DNA of 64,000 bases from assembly GCA_037379345.1 (NCBI GenBank), contig CM074512.1, forward strand, positions 25,606,001 through 25,670,000, in the 5' to 3' direction. The DNA is from Perna viridis. Lineage: Eukaryota. The notes beneath the pieces are model-generated. The model saw only the letters and a program-made list of their open reading frames with translations, ran no database searches and was not told where the DNA came from. Below are positions 27,958 through 41,828 of the stretch, one piece after another. The translations under genes and the position numbers were made by a program. The stretch's first letter is position 1; each line of letters opens with the position of its first letter.

Positions 27958-28307
27958 TATTACACCCCTACTCAAACAGTGGCTAGTATATTGGAATCAC
28001 CTTGTCTGTCTGTCATTCTGTCCATCCGAATTTTCAAATTTCACATGTGGCTTTTATGTAGATAGGACATACAATACCTTATATCAGCTTCCTGTTTTGT
28101 GGGACTTGGCCATTTTTCACTATATGAAATGATAGAGACATTTTTCTTAACCAAAATTTCAGCTTCCAATAAATTTGATGTAAGGCTTTATACAAATGGG
28201 GTATATGTTATATGCAATTTTAGTTAATGTTCAATATCAACTTCCTGTAAGAGTGGAGGTTAGAGTGGAGGTATGCCTAGCATGACAATGTGTCCAACTT
28301 CATGTTT
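27958..28307 (+). mobile_element. Degenerate HINE-like element; a related copy spans 42598-46577
   Basis: Shared 5' tatattggaatcaccttgtc plus (tctg/tcca) microsatellite, and shared 3' caacttcatgtt. Confidence 0.5.
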
Positions 28308-28644
28308 CCAGCTATTGTAAAACCACCTGCTACACAAAGAAATTGATCTCAAAAACTTCATGTTAATAGTATGTCTTCCTGTGGAACACTCATACATGTA
28401 TGTTGTTCTATTTACTATTAAATAAATAAGTTTTATTGAGTGAAAGGCATGTAGGATTAACATACAAAAAGTCTTGGTTTATGATATATATATTTAACAT
28501 AAAATCTTTATTCATATTGTTAGATTTGATGTGGAACATAAAGAACCCTTCTAGGACAATATAATGTTAGATCTAACAAAAAAAAAAGTCTTGTTCAATA
28601 TAGGATAAACTTAAAGAAATCTCAGTCGATATGTTGTTAGGTTT

Positions 28645-29088
28645 GACATAAAGAAATCATGGTTGATATAATGTTAGGATTAACATAAAGAAATCATGGT
28701 TGATATGATGTTAGGTTTAACATAAAGAAATCATGGTTGATATAATGTTAGGATTAACATAAAGAAATCATGGTTGATATAATGTTAGGATTAACATAAA
28801 GAAATCATGGTTGACATGTTGTTAGGATTAACATAAAGAAATCATGGTTGATATGATGTTAGGTTTAACATAAAGAAATCATGGTTGATATAATGTTAGG
28901 ATTAACATAAAGAAATCATGGTTGATATAATGTTAGGTTAACATAAAGAAATCATGGTTGATATGTTGTTAGGTTTAACATAAAGAAATCATGGTTGATA
29001 TAATGTTAGGTTAACATAAAGAAATCATGGTTGATATAATGTTAGGATTAACATAAAGAAATCATGGTTGATATAATGTTAGGTTTAA
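28645..29088. repeat. Minisatellite, 37-bp unit, ~12 copies, with degenerate units from ~28450
   Basis: taacataaagaaatcatggttgatataatgttaggat. Confidence 0.96.
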
Positions 29089-30478
29089 TACTAAGTAGTC
29101 TTGTTTTTGAAAACTTGGAAGCATTTATGTTAAAGCCTTAGAATTGTACAATTATTTTATTCTTGCATTCTCAGTGTAATAAGTATCAATAGAAAAAGGT
29201 AGAACCCTGGTAATTTCACTCTAAAGGCAGTTATAAAAAGCAATATCTTGCTTCAGGCAATTTGCTCATAAACAACCAAAAATTACACCATCAAACTAAA
29301 TAACATAGCTATTGATCAGTTGACAAGAAGCAAAACACATAAAATGGCTAACTGCATCAACTCTTGAGGAAATATGATTTTTGAATCATCAGGAATTGCA
29401 TAACAAGTGATGGTTTGTGTTAGATAATAAAATGGATTTCTGACATGAGTTAATGCTTTGTTGTTGATTCCATCAGTTTTTATGTTGTCATATTTGTCTG
29501 TCAAGATGTTCTGATCAATGTATAAGTCGTTTCATTGTCATTTTTTCTTTTTTATCCCTATATAGTTCATGCAACATGTAAGCATTTATGGCCACTGTTC
29601 ACTTTAATATCAAAACTGCCCTGAATATTGGAATTTAGATAGGAGATAACTAATGTACTGATGGTGGAGTTCATTATTTTACTATTTTACTGTAAATCAG
29701 TGCTGTGATAAACTGTTGATATACACTATTCAAACAGGCTTTGTAGATCTTTATGAAGTGGTATCCATTCTTAACAAACTTGTATTTTCTCTTACTGTGA
29801 GTTAATCATGGGTGTTTTATTCTATTTTCCCTATTTAATCGTACCAGATATGTTACTGAGTCATTCTCAATTGAACATTTGACCAGGGACAAATGTTGGA
29901 TCATATTATGTGTACAATAGCAGGGTAATTTGAAAAATGCAAACTAGTGGTGGAATACATCTTTTGTGATGAGCAACCCTCCTTGACAATGTCTGTCACA
30001 AAGGCAGATGATCAAAATCTAATATTACATGTTCTTTAATTAAGCTCCACAGTAGTGAGTAAATCTTAAAACCCATGTACTTTACACTTGGTATGATACT
30101 ACATTTAATTCAAAAGGCTCAACCGATGTGATGCACATTTGCTTGACTAAACACCCATGGTAAGTTCTCACTGATTGAATTGTAGAATTGCTTGTACTGG
30201 TATTGAAATGAAGAACACAATTTCTGTTGATATAATTGCATGAACAAATAGCCTCTTAACACCATGGGAATTTGAAATGTAGTAACTTTTTCTTTTGTTA
30301 AATATTTTAGATTGCACCCAAAATTTGAAAATTAATTTTTCACTTTCATAACATAATGAATAGAACATGATATGAAAGTGAATGTTATCTTTGTGGTTTT
30401 GGAAAGAGAATCAATGAATATAATCATTATCTGCAGAGAAATTTTTTTTTTACAGTTTTATCATGTTTTATTTTACAG

Positions 30479-30631
30479 ATCCATGTTGAAGTAGATGGTT
30501 CTCACAGATTAGATGGTACCACCCTAGGAGCATACTCAATCCTAAACATGAATACATTGTATGTTGGTGGAGGACCTAACCCACTCTATAACAACAGGCC
30601 AACTGTTAACTTCAAAGGCTGTATGAAAAAG
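30479..30631 (+). CDS. NRXN: Neurexin exon 4: LNS2 end (IHVEVDG...LYVGGGP...NFKGCMKK)
   Basis: ttttacag| and |gtgagt, phase 0-0, 153 nt. Absent from the ORF track; translated by hand. Confidence 0.94.
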
Positions 30632-30659
30632 GTGAGTAATGAGATGTACGATGATATAT

Positions 30660-31500
30660 TATTCCTGTTCCAAAGATCTAGCAGCAATCTCATGCTGTGG
30701 TAAGGTTTTCCTCTTCAGAAGACCTAGCATTGATCTCCAGCTGTGGTAGAGTATTCATTGTCTGAAGATGTAACAGTGATGTCTGGCAGTGGTAGAGTTT
30801 TCTACTCCTGAAGATCCAGCAGTGGTCTGTGTTTGAACAGTAATCTCTAGCAGTTGTAGAGTTTTATTTATATGGAGATATAGAAGTGATGTCTTGTAGT
30901 GGTATAGTCTTTCTATTCTGAAGATACAGGAATCTGCAGCTGTGATACGATTTCCTTCTCCTGAAAATCTAGCAGCGATCACTAGCTTTGCTATGATTTT
31001 CTTGACTTTATGATCTGGCAGTGATCTCTAGCTGTAGTAGAGTTTTTTTTATATGAAGATCTAGCAATGATCTGTTGCTGTGGTATGTACTTCTCCTGAA
31101 GATCTAGCAATGATCTGTTGCTGTGGTATGTACTTCTCCTGAAGATCTAGCAATGATCTGTTGCTGTGGTATGTTCTTGTCCTGAAAATCTAGCAGTGAT
31201 TGCTAGGTGTGGCAGGATTTCCCTCTTCCTATGATCTAGCAGTGATTTGTTGATATGGTAGGGTTTCTTTCTCCTGATAATCTAGCAGTGATTTTTTGCT
31301 ATGGTAGGGTCTCTTTCTCCTGATAATCTAGCATTGATCTGTTGCTATGGTAGGGTCTCTTTCTCCTAATAATCTAGCAGTGATCTCGAGCAGTGGTAGA
31401 GTTTTCCTCTTCCAAAGAATTGGCAGTGACCTCTAGTGGTGATAAGGTTTCTCCCTGTAGTAATGGTATATCATTCCTTCTCATTCTGAGGATTTAGATG
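30660..31500. repeat. Degenerate 43-44-bp minisatellite just downstream of exon 4
   Basis: Recurring cctgaagatctagcaRtgatct..gctgtggta. Confidence 0.85.
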
Positions 31501-31849
31501 TGATCCATTGATGTTTTTAACCCAGTTAAGTGTAATGTTTTATAATAACATGATATTTTTTCTATATCCTTTTTATGCAATCACAAAAAAATTGCAGTGG
31601 CCTAATGGTGTTGTGTTGCTGTTGTCGGTGTCATCTTTATGGTTGTTAAGAGGGCGACTTAGTAAAAAATGGTTGGTTTAGGCTTGTCATCTGTATAGTG
31701 TCTCCATTTTATGACAAAATTCCTTCAAATTTGTGAATTGTTAGTAGCAATATTAGCTTGGACAGTGTTGATTTTCATAGAAATTTGCAGAGGGGAAAAC
31801 TTCAATTATAGATTATACAATTGATTCATTCCGTCTAATGTTATCACAT

Positions 31850-31872
31850 TATATATATATATATATATATAT
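31850..31872. repeat. (TA)n microsatellite
   Basis: About 11 TA units. Confidence 0.9.
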
Positions 31873-34639
31873 CATGTTATTTCTTGCATACTATTTGATC
31901 ATTATTTTTTTAAAATGATGGCCAGTAGCGGACAACAGTAGTTGTAGGGGTGTTGATATTATAATCACTTCGTCGGCTTTTATAGCTTTTTCATATTTCA
32001 TTGTTCAGATATTATTTGCCATTTCCATTTTCTTGTCAGAGAAACTAGTTCTAGTGTGTGCTCTTTTCTGGTATATGGACTTTTCCAAAGTGTGGGGTAT
32101 ATGATATTGTGGGCATACTTAGATTCTTTAGTCATCTCAAGCAGTGAAGTAATTGTCTTTCCAATATAAGTCATTTTAGGAGATGTAAAGTTTAACTATG
32201 TCTCTTGTTATCCATCTGTCCATCTGTCTGTCTCAGGCTGTCACATTTTTTTCCCGTAAGTTTTCTATTGTCATAATTGCTGGAAATTTTGACTCAAGCT
32301 TTATATAGATGTGCCACATTGTGGGAATAGATTTCTAGCTTAGGTGACCACAGCTTCCTGTTTGCATCTCTGTTTATATCATATACTGAAGTTGGAATGT
32401 AAGAATAATAAGCATTTGATCACAGTTTTTCTTGTTTTTTTTTTGATAATAATTTAATTTGATTAATAACAAGAGCTAACTTGGAGCATCTAAGTAATTC
32501 CGAACTTAGTAATGTCATGTTTTATGCTGTATTCTTAATTATACCCCCCTCAAATGAAGTTTGGGGGTGGGTATATATGTTTCACTTTGGCTGTCCATCT
32601 GTCTGTCTGCACTATTTTCTAAGCAGCTTGCACATTGTTATGAGTCTTTGTAGGATGTAATATAACCACATGGAAATGTGCATACTGTCAGGAACTTATG
32701 TTTGGTGTGTCCACATTACAGGATTCAATAGGCTGGGGCTATTTGTTCTATTAGGGGCAGTGTCTAGTTATGACTTAAAAACAGTTTGAAATGAAATAAG
32801 AAATCCAGATTACGCTTGCATTAACAACTTAGAGACAATTTAGAGTTGTTCATAGACCACTTTGTGACTTTTTCAGCATAAACTGTCCCTAAAGGTTTTT
32901 TTTTTATTGCATTGAAAACAATCCTTGAAAAAGTAAAATAAATGTACTCATAGAAAAGATAAACTCAATCTTGTAAATTGTGACCAGCAGATTCCATGTA
33001 AACACATTCAAAACTTGAAAAAGGACACAGTTGTGTCTATTATGAATTCTTTTAAACTTTTTGAACTGATCAAATTTTAAATAATTTCTGTTCACATATA
33101 TAAATGACTAGTTAGGAAGATGAAAGAGTTTTATCAGTTTCTTGGGATATACTTGGGTTTTACCAGTTACAGAACAAAAACAATCAAATCATCCCTGGAA
33201 ATTGGCAGATGAAAGGCACTTACAAGACACGTTTTTGATGTTAGATATTATAGGGTGCTTATTTTTGTAATGCTTATGATGTTTATTGTGAATGAATGCT
33301 TTATTGCAATTTCGCACTTTGACGATCTAAAAACAAACACTTGATCGACTTTTTAACAATTTATTTTACAAGCTACTCCAACAGAATGAGAATTGTCAGA
33401 CGTGTAACAATTATTAGAACAATTTATCTGCAAATAAATTACACCTTTTGCATAATAGGAGAAGTTTTGTTTATCTATATCTCCTCATGGAGGCAGCATA
33501 TTAATGCACTTTTAATTTACAGACTTAATTTGTTGTGCTAACTGAGAGTAATCAAATTAAAAACCAGTTATTATTGTGAAATTTAAACATTATAGGCAAA
33601 TTATTTCACAATATTTGTAATTACAACTTGAGAATAATTTGCCTGCAAGTTTTTGATTTCTATCTTTGAAGGGCGTTTTTAGAAACCGCCATCGATTATA
33701 CTGATTTTTTAGGCTCATTGACCTGACTATATCAAAATGAAATTTACAAAACAGCAGGAGTTGTAATAACTCCTGATGTTAGAAATTAGAGTTACCTACT
33801 TCAAAAGTAAAAATGTTTGCTGTGCAGCGACCAACTTTATCAGAAAATTAAAAAAGCATATAACTGTTAATATTTTTTGTTGGAATAATAAAGTTGAAAG
33901 ACAAGCTCTGTAGCTATTGATTCAATGTGGTAATTGTCTTCTCTCATGTATATCAGGTTTAATACACAGAAAGTGACATTACTTCTCTATTGATACACAT
34001 AATTCTTTAAAGATTTATGAAAACTTCTGTGTTCAGAATGCTTACCTGTGACTTGTTTATAATGAGTGATCAAGTAATATCTTTTCTCCTATTCTGAGCT
34101 AGTGATTAAAAATGCACTTAACTTTTTAACTACCTGGTGGTGATAAAATTTCTGCAAGAGTTTTCCCTCCATTTTACATTTCTGAGTTTTCTACAGATTT
34201 TATCAGAGAAACAGATTCTCCCCCCCCCGTGCTCTCAGGGATAACAAGATTTCTCTACTCTCCATATTTAAACTTTAGAATTAATCTACTTGCTGCTGCT
34301 CGTAGGTTGAAATCTAAAATTTACCTATCTTGTTTTCTTTTTGAGAATCTATATGTAATTATTCCTGAGATACGAGGAAAGTTTGTCATACTTTTTTTCA
34401 ATTTATTTGAATCATCTCACTTCTGATGCTTTGGCATTTTGTTGTTGATATATGATGTGATGCAATTCTATTCTCATACCACCACATAATGTTTTCATAC
34501 CATAGTATCCCTTTTACTCAAACAATATATGGTTAACAAGGTTTTATTTATGGCAGGGTCCTAGATATTGCAGTTTCCTATACCATTTTCTATACAGTTG
34601 AAGCTGAAATTCTCAAATTAATGGGTTAACTTATTCCAA

Positions 34640-35390
34640 TACGACTGCAAAAAATATGTTGCCGTATAATGTTATTGCATAGTCATCATCATCATTGTCA
34701 GTTTGGGTGTTGTCAGCGTCATCTTGGGACACTTCGTTTCAGTGACTAACTTTAGTTGAGGTTGACCAATTGTTCTGAAATTCTGATATAATTTTACTGA
34801 CCACTAAAGGAAAGTTCCTTATTAATTTGGACTTTATGGCACCTATCATTGTAGCAAAAGGATCAAAAAGGGTAAAAATAGTTGTTATTTTAAAACCCAT
34901 GTAGAATGTTTGTTTTCTTTCCAATTTTAATTATTTTTTGTATTGTGTTCTTTATTTAATTCTGGTAAACAGATGTATCAGCATATTTAAATGTTTTGGG
35001 CCATTTTAAGTAATAGGGGGTCAGAGTTGGCAATGCCAAAAAAATTCTGCTTCTTAATTTTTGGTCAGATTTTGAATATTTTTTATTGGAATCCTTAATA
35101 AATCCCTGCCTGCTTTTTCCAATCAGATTTCAGATATCTCTTACAGTTTTCGAGTTATAAGGGATCAAAGGAGGTACACTGAAATAAATCACTTTTTATC
35201 TTTGAAATTTTTTTAATTAAATTTGAAATTTTGTGCAATATAGCATCCAAACCATCTGCTGTGTCTATAATGGATTGTAAGTCCCTTTGCTTAAATGTAT
35301 CAAAAACTAAAATTGTGTCCACACTTGCCCCAACTGTTCAGGGTTCTACCACTGTGGTCATATCATGCTGTGCGAGGCAAAGCATTTTAT
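34640..35390 (+). mobile_element. Degenerate interspersed repeat; a related copy lies at ~59240-60390 (boundaries approximate)
   Basis: Shared tgtaagtccct...aaaactaaa..ttgtgt.cacacttgcccc...gtggtcata.catgctg 3' ends. Confidence 0.5.
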
Positions 35391-35907
35391 TCAAATAGTA
35401 TTACTTGTACATACAGTGATATTGAACTGAAGATATATGTACCAGTAGTTGAAAAATATTTCTTGCACAATTTGAAGTTAATAGAATTCGTTAATATGCA
35501 CACATCAAGGATTCCATTTCTTCTTATCTAACAGTTATTATGTAAAGTTATCTTGATCATCAATTTAACTCCAAATTGATCAGATGAAGACAAGAGTACT
35601 TGCAGCTGTCTTACTTATCCTGATTTTGCTTAATTTCAACAAGTGTTAAAAAACTTTTATAAAATTTTTGTTATACTTTAATGCATGTTTTTCACCTATA
35701 CTGTACTTTTGGATGTCGAACATGAGCACAGTTTATTGTGTCACATCTATATTTATCCTGGTACAATGTACAGAGGATGGTTTCTTAAACTAAGGCATTT
35801 AAACAAGTTTATCTTACAGCATAAAACTTTTAGATCAGTTTTATCCTATGAATGTGATGCCAATGAATGGCATAGGTTCAGAAAAAAACAAGATTTTTAT
35901 GTTTCAG

Positions 35908-36682
35908 GTTATGTATGTTAGTAAGAAAATGTCAATGGATCTGACAACCATGGCTTTGGAAGGTGACTTGACAGTGTTTGGTGATGTTGTCTTTAACCAG
36001 TGTCAGGATATGGTAGAACCCCAACCTATCACCTTTGTTACACCAGACTCTTACATAGAACTACCAAACTGGGAGGTCTATATACATGGTGGAAGCCTAG
36101 CATTTACATTCCAAACAAATGAGTTGACTGGAGTAATTCTGTATGATTACAGCTCAAGAAGTTCTGATTTCTTTGCTTTTGAAATTTTGGATGGATATTT
36201 GAACTTCTTGATCAATCTTGGTTCAGGGACAGAAAAGGTCAAAATGAAGTATGTAAGTGATAGTAAAATTCATACAGTTTTACTCCAGCATGCAGGTAAA
36301 ACTGGCCATGTACTACTGGATGGAATGACCATACCTTATACTATTGGTGGTGAAAGTAACCACTTGGATTTAGACAGAAAACTGTATGTAGGAGGAATTG
36401 ATCAGACAACAACAAGAGTATTACCTATAGAAATGTGGTCAGGACAACTGAGTACTGGCTTCGTTGGTTGTTTACATGATTTAATTGTGAATGGGAACAA
36501 AGTTGATCTGTTGACTGCTGCACGGAAACAAAGAACATCAGGTATCAAGGATTTCTGTCGTGTAATGGAGCCACAGTGTAATGAAGGATCATGTTTACAT
36601 CATGGAAGATGTCATGAAGGATGGAATCGGTATCTGTGTGACTGTCGAGGAACTGGTTACACTGGTCCTATTTGTCAAACAG
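35908..36682 (+). CDS. NRXN: Neurexin exon 5: LNS3 and EGF2
   Basis: PITFVTP, DFFAFEILDG, GFVGCLHDL and C..GWNRYLCDC motifs; gtttcag| and G|gtaact. Confidence 0.96.
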
Positions 36683-37835
36683 GTAACTTTCAGTCAACAC
36701 ATACATTATATTCCATTATGCAACAAAATAGCCATAAAGTTAAGATTTTTTACAACAAATGATATATAAGTGAAAAATAAAGAAAATAGATGCAATTTCC
36801 AATCTATTTTGGTTTAATGGTAACCCTTTTGGACTAAATGTTTTGTACAGTTAAGACGAGGGATCACAAAATGCATTGGAACTTACAAAACTGATATTTA
36901 TGTCAAGTCTGCTTTAGACAGGTTTCCAGTTTATTCAGGGTTTAGACATATTTCACCATAATACATCTTGAATCATAAGATCTGGGTTATTTTCCTATCC
37001 TGTGATGATTCACTGAATGTTCATTATAGATCTTCAATGACATTGTGGACTACTCAGTTTTTTAGGCAATTGCCTAATCATCCATCTACATAGTTAAGCC
37101 TTAATCTTATGGCCCATAAATCTCTTGGCACAGAATTACTAACTATTGATCTCTAAGTGTTAAAACTTATACAACTCTGTGCATGAATTGATCCAAAAGT
37201 GTGAACCATTTGAGAATGGTCAGACTGCATTTTACATATAGTATAAGATACTTTCACATTTGAAATACATGTATCAGAGATTAAAATACAGGATGAGGTA
37301 CACTTCAGAGTGTTTTTGATCCCCTTCTATTCTGAATTTCTGAACATGGTAACGGAACTTTACCAATCTGCATATTTGTTGAGGACTTAATTTAGTACAA
37401 GAGCATGGAATGTTGGAATCATTTAATTATTTATTGCTGAGAAATGACAATCCAATGATGGTAAATCTCAAATTCTTGCCAATTGTCTACATTGGGGTGG
37501 ACATGTACTTCTATTCCATGTTAAATGGGTAATTTACTTACTGGTTTTGTAATACTTAAGAAAACTGCCTATTTTACAAATGACTTTGTCCCAAGGGTGC
37601 AGTGCAGAGAAATTATAGATATAGATGAATCAACTTTAGGTTTGAGACCTTTGTTATGCAAGTAAAAATTTTTTGACTCAAACATAAATTTTCACAAAAA
37701 TAAGGGGGCCAATTTCACCCATAAATGTACCTTAACCTTTAATGTAAATTGTTTTATATTTTCTTTCAGAAAGTTTGACAGTTAGATTTGTTAAAACACA
37801 TTCTTGAGACACAAACAATTTTTTCTCTCTTGTAG

Positions 37836-38053
37836 GTGCCACTACACTAGAATTTGATGGTACTCAGTTCCTAAAGATAACAATGGAAGATGTGTCTGAA
37901 ACAGAAGCTGAAGATATATCATTAAGATTTAGAACAACACAGGGAAATGGATTATTGTTTTTAACATCATCTGATGAGTCCCCTGACAAAATGGAGCTTT
38001 TCATTGAATCTGGCTCCATCAAACTTGACATAACTATAGGCCAAAACTCAAAG
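37836..38053 (+). CDS. NRXN: Neurexin exon 6: LNS4 start (GATTLEFDG...TEAEDISLRFRT...QNSK)
   Basis: TEAEDISLRF is a neurexin hallmark; ttgtag| and |gtattg. Confidence 0.95.
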
Positions 38054-39107
38054 GTATTGATAACATAATGATGTGTGTGATTTCATAGCCCTGTAATATA
38101 ATTTCCTTGTATAGAATACCTCCCAGACATGTCTAATAAGGGAGATAATTAATCGTAATGCTTCCAGCATTAGTAAACTGTTGTTTAATCATTACTTTGC
38201 ACTATTGAGACGTACGGTCATCAGTTCATTTGGGCTCTCCAGGGAAGCAACTCAGTCTATGTTAGAAAAAGCAGGGTTACTGTAGTGATTAGAAAATATA
38301 TAGTCGATGTTTGTTAAATTTTACATGAGCATTCTATTCTATAGCCTGACACAGAAAAATAAACAATACATTCAAGATAGGTTTGTTAATTAAGAAGATG
38401 GTTTTCAGCATTTATTGAAAAAAGATTGTTGATCATATGTGATATACAGTTGTTTTATCATGTTCAGTTTCTGCTACTTCATTGAACTGTTCATAAACAT
38501 CAATATTTTCAGCTTGGAAATTGACAGAAATTTATCTGGCTTTGATCCTCTATTTACAATTAATATGAAACATCTGATTACCATATATTCCTAAAGTATT
38601 TTGCTAATTGAAAATGTTGTTTAAACATATCATGTACTCAAGTATCTTGTTAATTTGATCAGACATTAGATTTATTGTATTATTGTATGATGTAGATCTG
38701 TGTCACTTAATAGCCTAGTATTGGAAAACTTGTTGATTTTTTTTAAGTACAAAAAAAATCAATATTCTAATTAAACAATGATGAATTAAAAGGTATTTTT
38801 GACTGATGGTTGAATCTGTACATCATCATTTTAGTATTCCTTAATACTACCATTATTTCTTTGTACAGAATATTCTTATACCCATCAATATAGATGAAAG
38901 AAAAAGGCTACAAACCTGACTTTCCTAAGATTCCAAATTAAGGAAAGATTTTTTTAAGGCAGTCAAAAGCCTTAAACATGAAAATGAATCTGTTTGAAAT
39001 ATGTATATTTCTGTATGAGATGATTTTCTTTTGATAATTTATTTATTTCTAAACATATATATTTTGATTATCTAACTATATGCCTTTTAAAATCTTTGTC
39101 TTTTTAG

Positions 39108-39216
39108 ACTTTGAGCATGGGAAGTAATTTAAATGATGATGGATGGCATACTGTTTACATCAAGAGAAGAGGAGAGATTCTTCAGCTAAAAGTAGACAAT
39201 GGCAATCCGATATTGG
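39108..39216 (+). CDS. NRXN: Neurexin exon 7: LNS4 (TLSMGSNLNDDGWHTVYIKRRG...VDNGNPIL)
   Basis: ctttttag| acceptor; donor G|gtactg at 39217, or in-frame G|gtcaga at 39223. Confidence 0.9.
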
Positions 39217-40027
39217 GTACTGGTCAGATCTTATCCATTTTTTAAGTTAACCATTTTTAAAATAATAACTATGTGACTGTCCCTTGTTAAAGTCATACAT
39301 TATGTTGCCACTATTTGGCAGGATTGTTTAGCTCCATGTTATCTTAAACATATTTTCAGCATTAAGTGCAAATGAAAAAGCATATTCTGTATGGATAACC
39401 TTGACAACTGAGGAATGCAGGATTTATGAACAAATTCAAGGCATTCCATTTTACCTTTATGTTGCTACAGAATTCATGAAAAATAGTACCAGTATAATAA
39501 TCGGTCTGTAAATACTGGTTATGTTAGCTGGTATCATTATCATTACTAAGCGTTGACAATATATAACCATCAGTTGTGGAATTCCTCTACATTTTTACAA
39601 TACTTTGTTTGATTTCAATCAAAGCCTAAAAAAACTTAAGTACTCATAAAATCTGAAAAAAAAAGACAATGGTAAATAACAAAAGTGGAAGGAGATAATT
39701 ATAATGAAGTTGCATATTTCATGAACTGTGAGCACATACTGTAGAATCATGGATGTTGTAGCAGTTGGGACATGTTTTACCCATAGCTACCAACTCTCAT
39801 TTTTTTATTTTGTTTTTATGCCATTCCATTTGATTCAACCCTGTTTGAGTTCAGACTTTTTTTCAGTTTTAATCATTTTTTACAGACTACGCAGGAAGAT
39901 TAGTGTCCACATTTTGTGTTACATTTTACTCAATGTTTTGTTCAAATTAATATGAGTTTGGTGCCAGTACAATCTTGTAAATTAAAAAAGCTCACATTAA
40001 GGAATACAATGTTATATTATTTTCCAG

Positions 40028-40096
40028 AGAACTTAATGGATAGAACATTACAGATCAAACAGATTGTATTTGGTTCGGTTTCTCCTATGTTATCTG
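40028..40096 (+). CDS. NRXN: Neurexin exon 8: LNS4 (ENLMDRTLQIKQIVFGSVSPMLS)
   Basis: attttccag| and G|gtaagt, phase 1-1, 69 nt; supplies the strand otherwise missing from LNS4. Confidence 0.82.
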
Positions 40097-40163
40097 GTAA
40101 GTGGGACACAAAAAATTTTAAACAAACAAAATATTTCAGTTTTCTATAGTGGTTCTATTTTTA

Positions 40164-40606
40164 TTTATACTTCTGCTTCAAAGAAGAGGTGAGTATACTG
40201 TTTTAACTCTGTTCGTCGTTCCATCAATAGTCAGAACTTTTGTAACAATTTTCTCAGGAACTACTGATCATAGCCACTTGATATTTGGTGTGCAGCCTCA
40301 GCTAGTCGTCCTATACTGTGCTTACCAAATTCGGTCCTGTCGGACAACTACTTCCTTTTTATCAACTTAGTTTATTTTCAAATATAGTTGATCAAATCTA
40401 AAAAAAAATTTCAAGACCCTTTTCTCAGGAACTACTCATCACAGCCACTGGATATTTGGTATGCAGCCTCAACTAGTGGTTCTATACCGTGCTTACATAT
40501 TTTGGTCCTTTTAGACATCAACTTCTTGTTTACTGACTTTAGGAAGAATACATTTTGTGGGGAGCGGGGGTAAACTCATTGAGTAGTAGCTCATAGATTC
40601 CTTGTT
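40164..40606 (+). mobile_element. HINE-like element with two internal ~155-bp repeats
   Basis: Duplicated ttctcaggaactact...tgcagcctca; 3' gagtagtagctcatagattccttgtt. Confidence 0.55.
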
Positions 40607-41408
40607 TCAATCATGTTCATGTTCGTTTTGTACTAAATAAAGCTAAATTTATTAATCTATATTTACCATAGTTTCTGATTGATGACATTTTTTATACAAT
40701 ATTCTCTTAACGTGTAAATGTCACCCCCATAATGGCTATATAAATATGAGTTTAAGGTTCTGAGTTAGGCCATGGATGCCATTAGCAATATTTGGTACCA
40801 CTTGATTTATTTTTCATGGAAATTATTTTGCTGAACAGGAATCCTTTCTATATTTAATTGATAAATATGAAAGATCTGTTTCTGTAATGAAATGTGAATT
40901 ATTGGGGGTTGTATGAAGCAATTAATAGGGATGTATGAAGGTTAAATTTAGTTCACATTATTGATTCAAGTAGATGACAGTAATCTCACAAGATGTTCAG
41001 CTGCTGAAATAAACTTTAATCTAAAATGACATTTTAGATAGAAGCCTTAAGAAACATTTTATCTTCCCTAGATCAATTTTATTCTGTCTTTAATTTGTCA
41101 AAGTATTGTGTATGGAAGGATATGGATTTAAATTTTCATTTGTCAGTTTCAATTTTCTTTTACAATCTAATTATCAGGAATTATTTTCCAATATGTATAT
41201 CTGTTGATGCATTTTCAGGTAATAATTAGGCCCAAGAAAGTTTCAATTGATTCTATTGATACAATGTAATTATTGAGTTGACATTTAGAATTAAGAGGTT
41301 ATCAAGTTTAACCATGATAAACACCTGAATGAAGTTGGCAGGGAATGTTACCAACCAATCATTCTTTCAGATTGTATCTATTTTTTTACAACCCATGTGA
41401 TAAGTAAT

Positions 41409-41731
41409 GAATAAGAGTGTATTTTATTATGGTATTGGAACCTGATTTCTGAAGAAAACTTAATATGTTTGTGCAGAATGATTTAAACTATTTGTGCAAT
41501 TTAAAATTTTCTACTTTTATGCCATCATAGGTAAAATTTTTGCAATATTTCTATGTACAATTACCAGTAAATTGCACAGAAAATTTGAGCAATATTACAG
41601 AAAATTAACCTCATGTCATAAAAAGTAATAAATTTTAAATTGCACATAATAGTTTGAATCATTCTGCACAAACATATCAAGTTTTCTTCTTAAACCAGGT
41701 TCTACTACCATAATAAAATACACTCTTATTC
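41409..41731. mobile_element. Foldback MITE with ~140-bp inverted arms
   Basis: gaataagagtgtattttattatggta...taccataataaaatacactcttattc; complementarity continues inward (tgtttgtgcagaatgat / atcattctgcacaaaca). Confidence 0.85.
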
Positions 41732-41828
41732 GCATATATATTAAATATAAGTTAAGTAAACCCCTTTTGAAGCAATTTCTATCCATCTGCAATAATTTAC
41801 TGATCTAATATTTTCCTACTTTTTTCAG

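Noticed and set aside
37770-37807. Upstream alternative acceptor for exon 6 (ttctttcag)
   Set aside because: Runs into an in-frame TGA after 12 codons.
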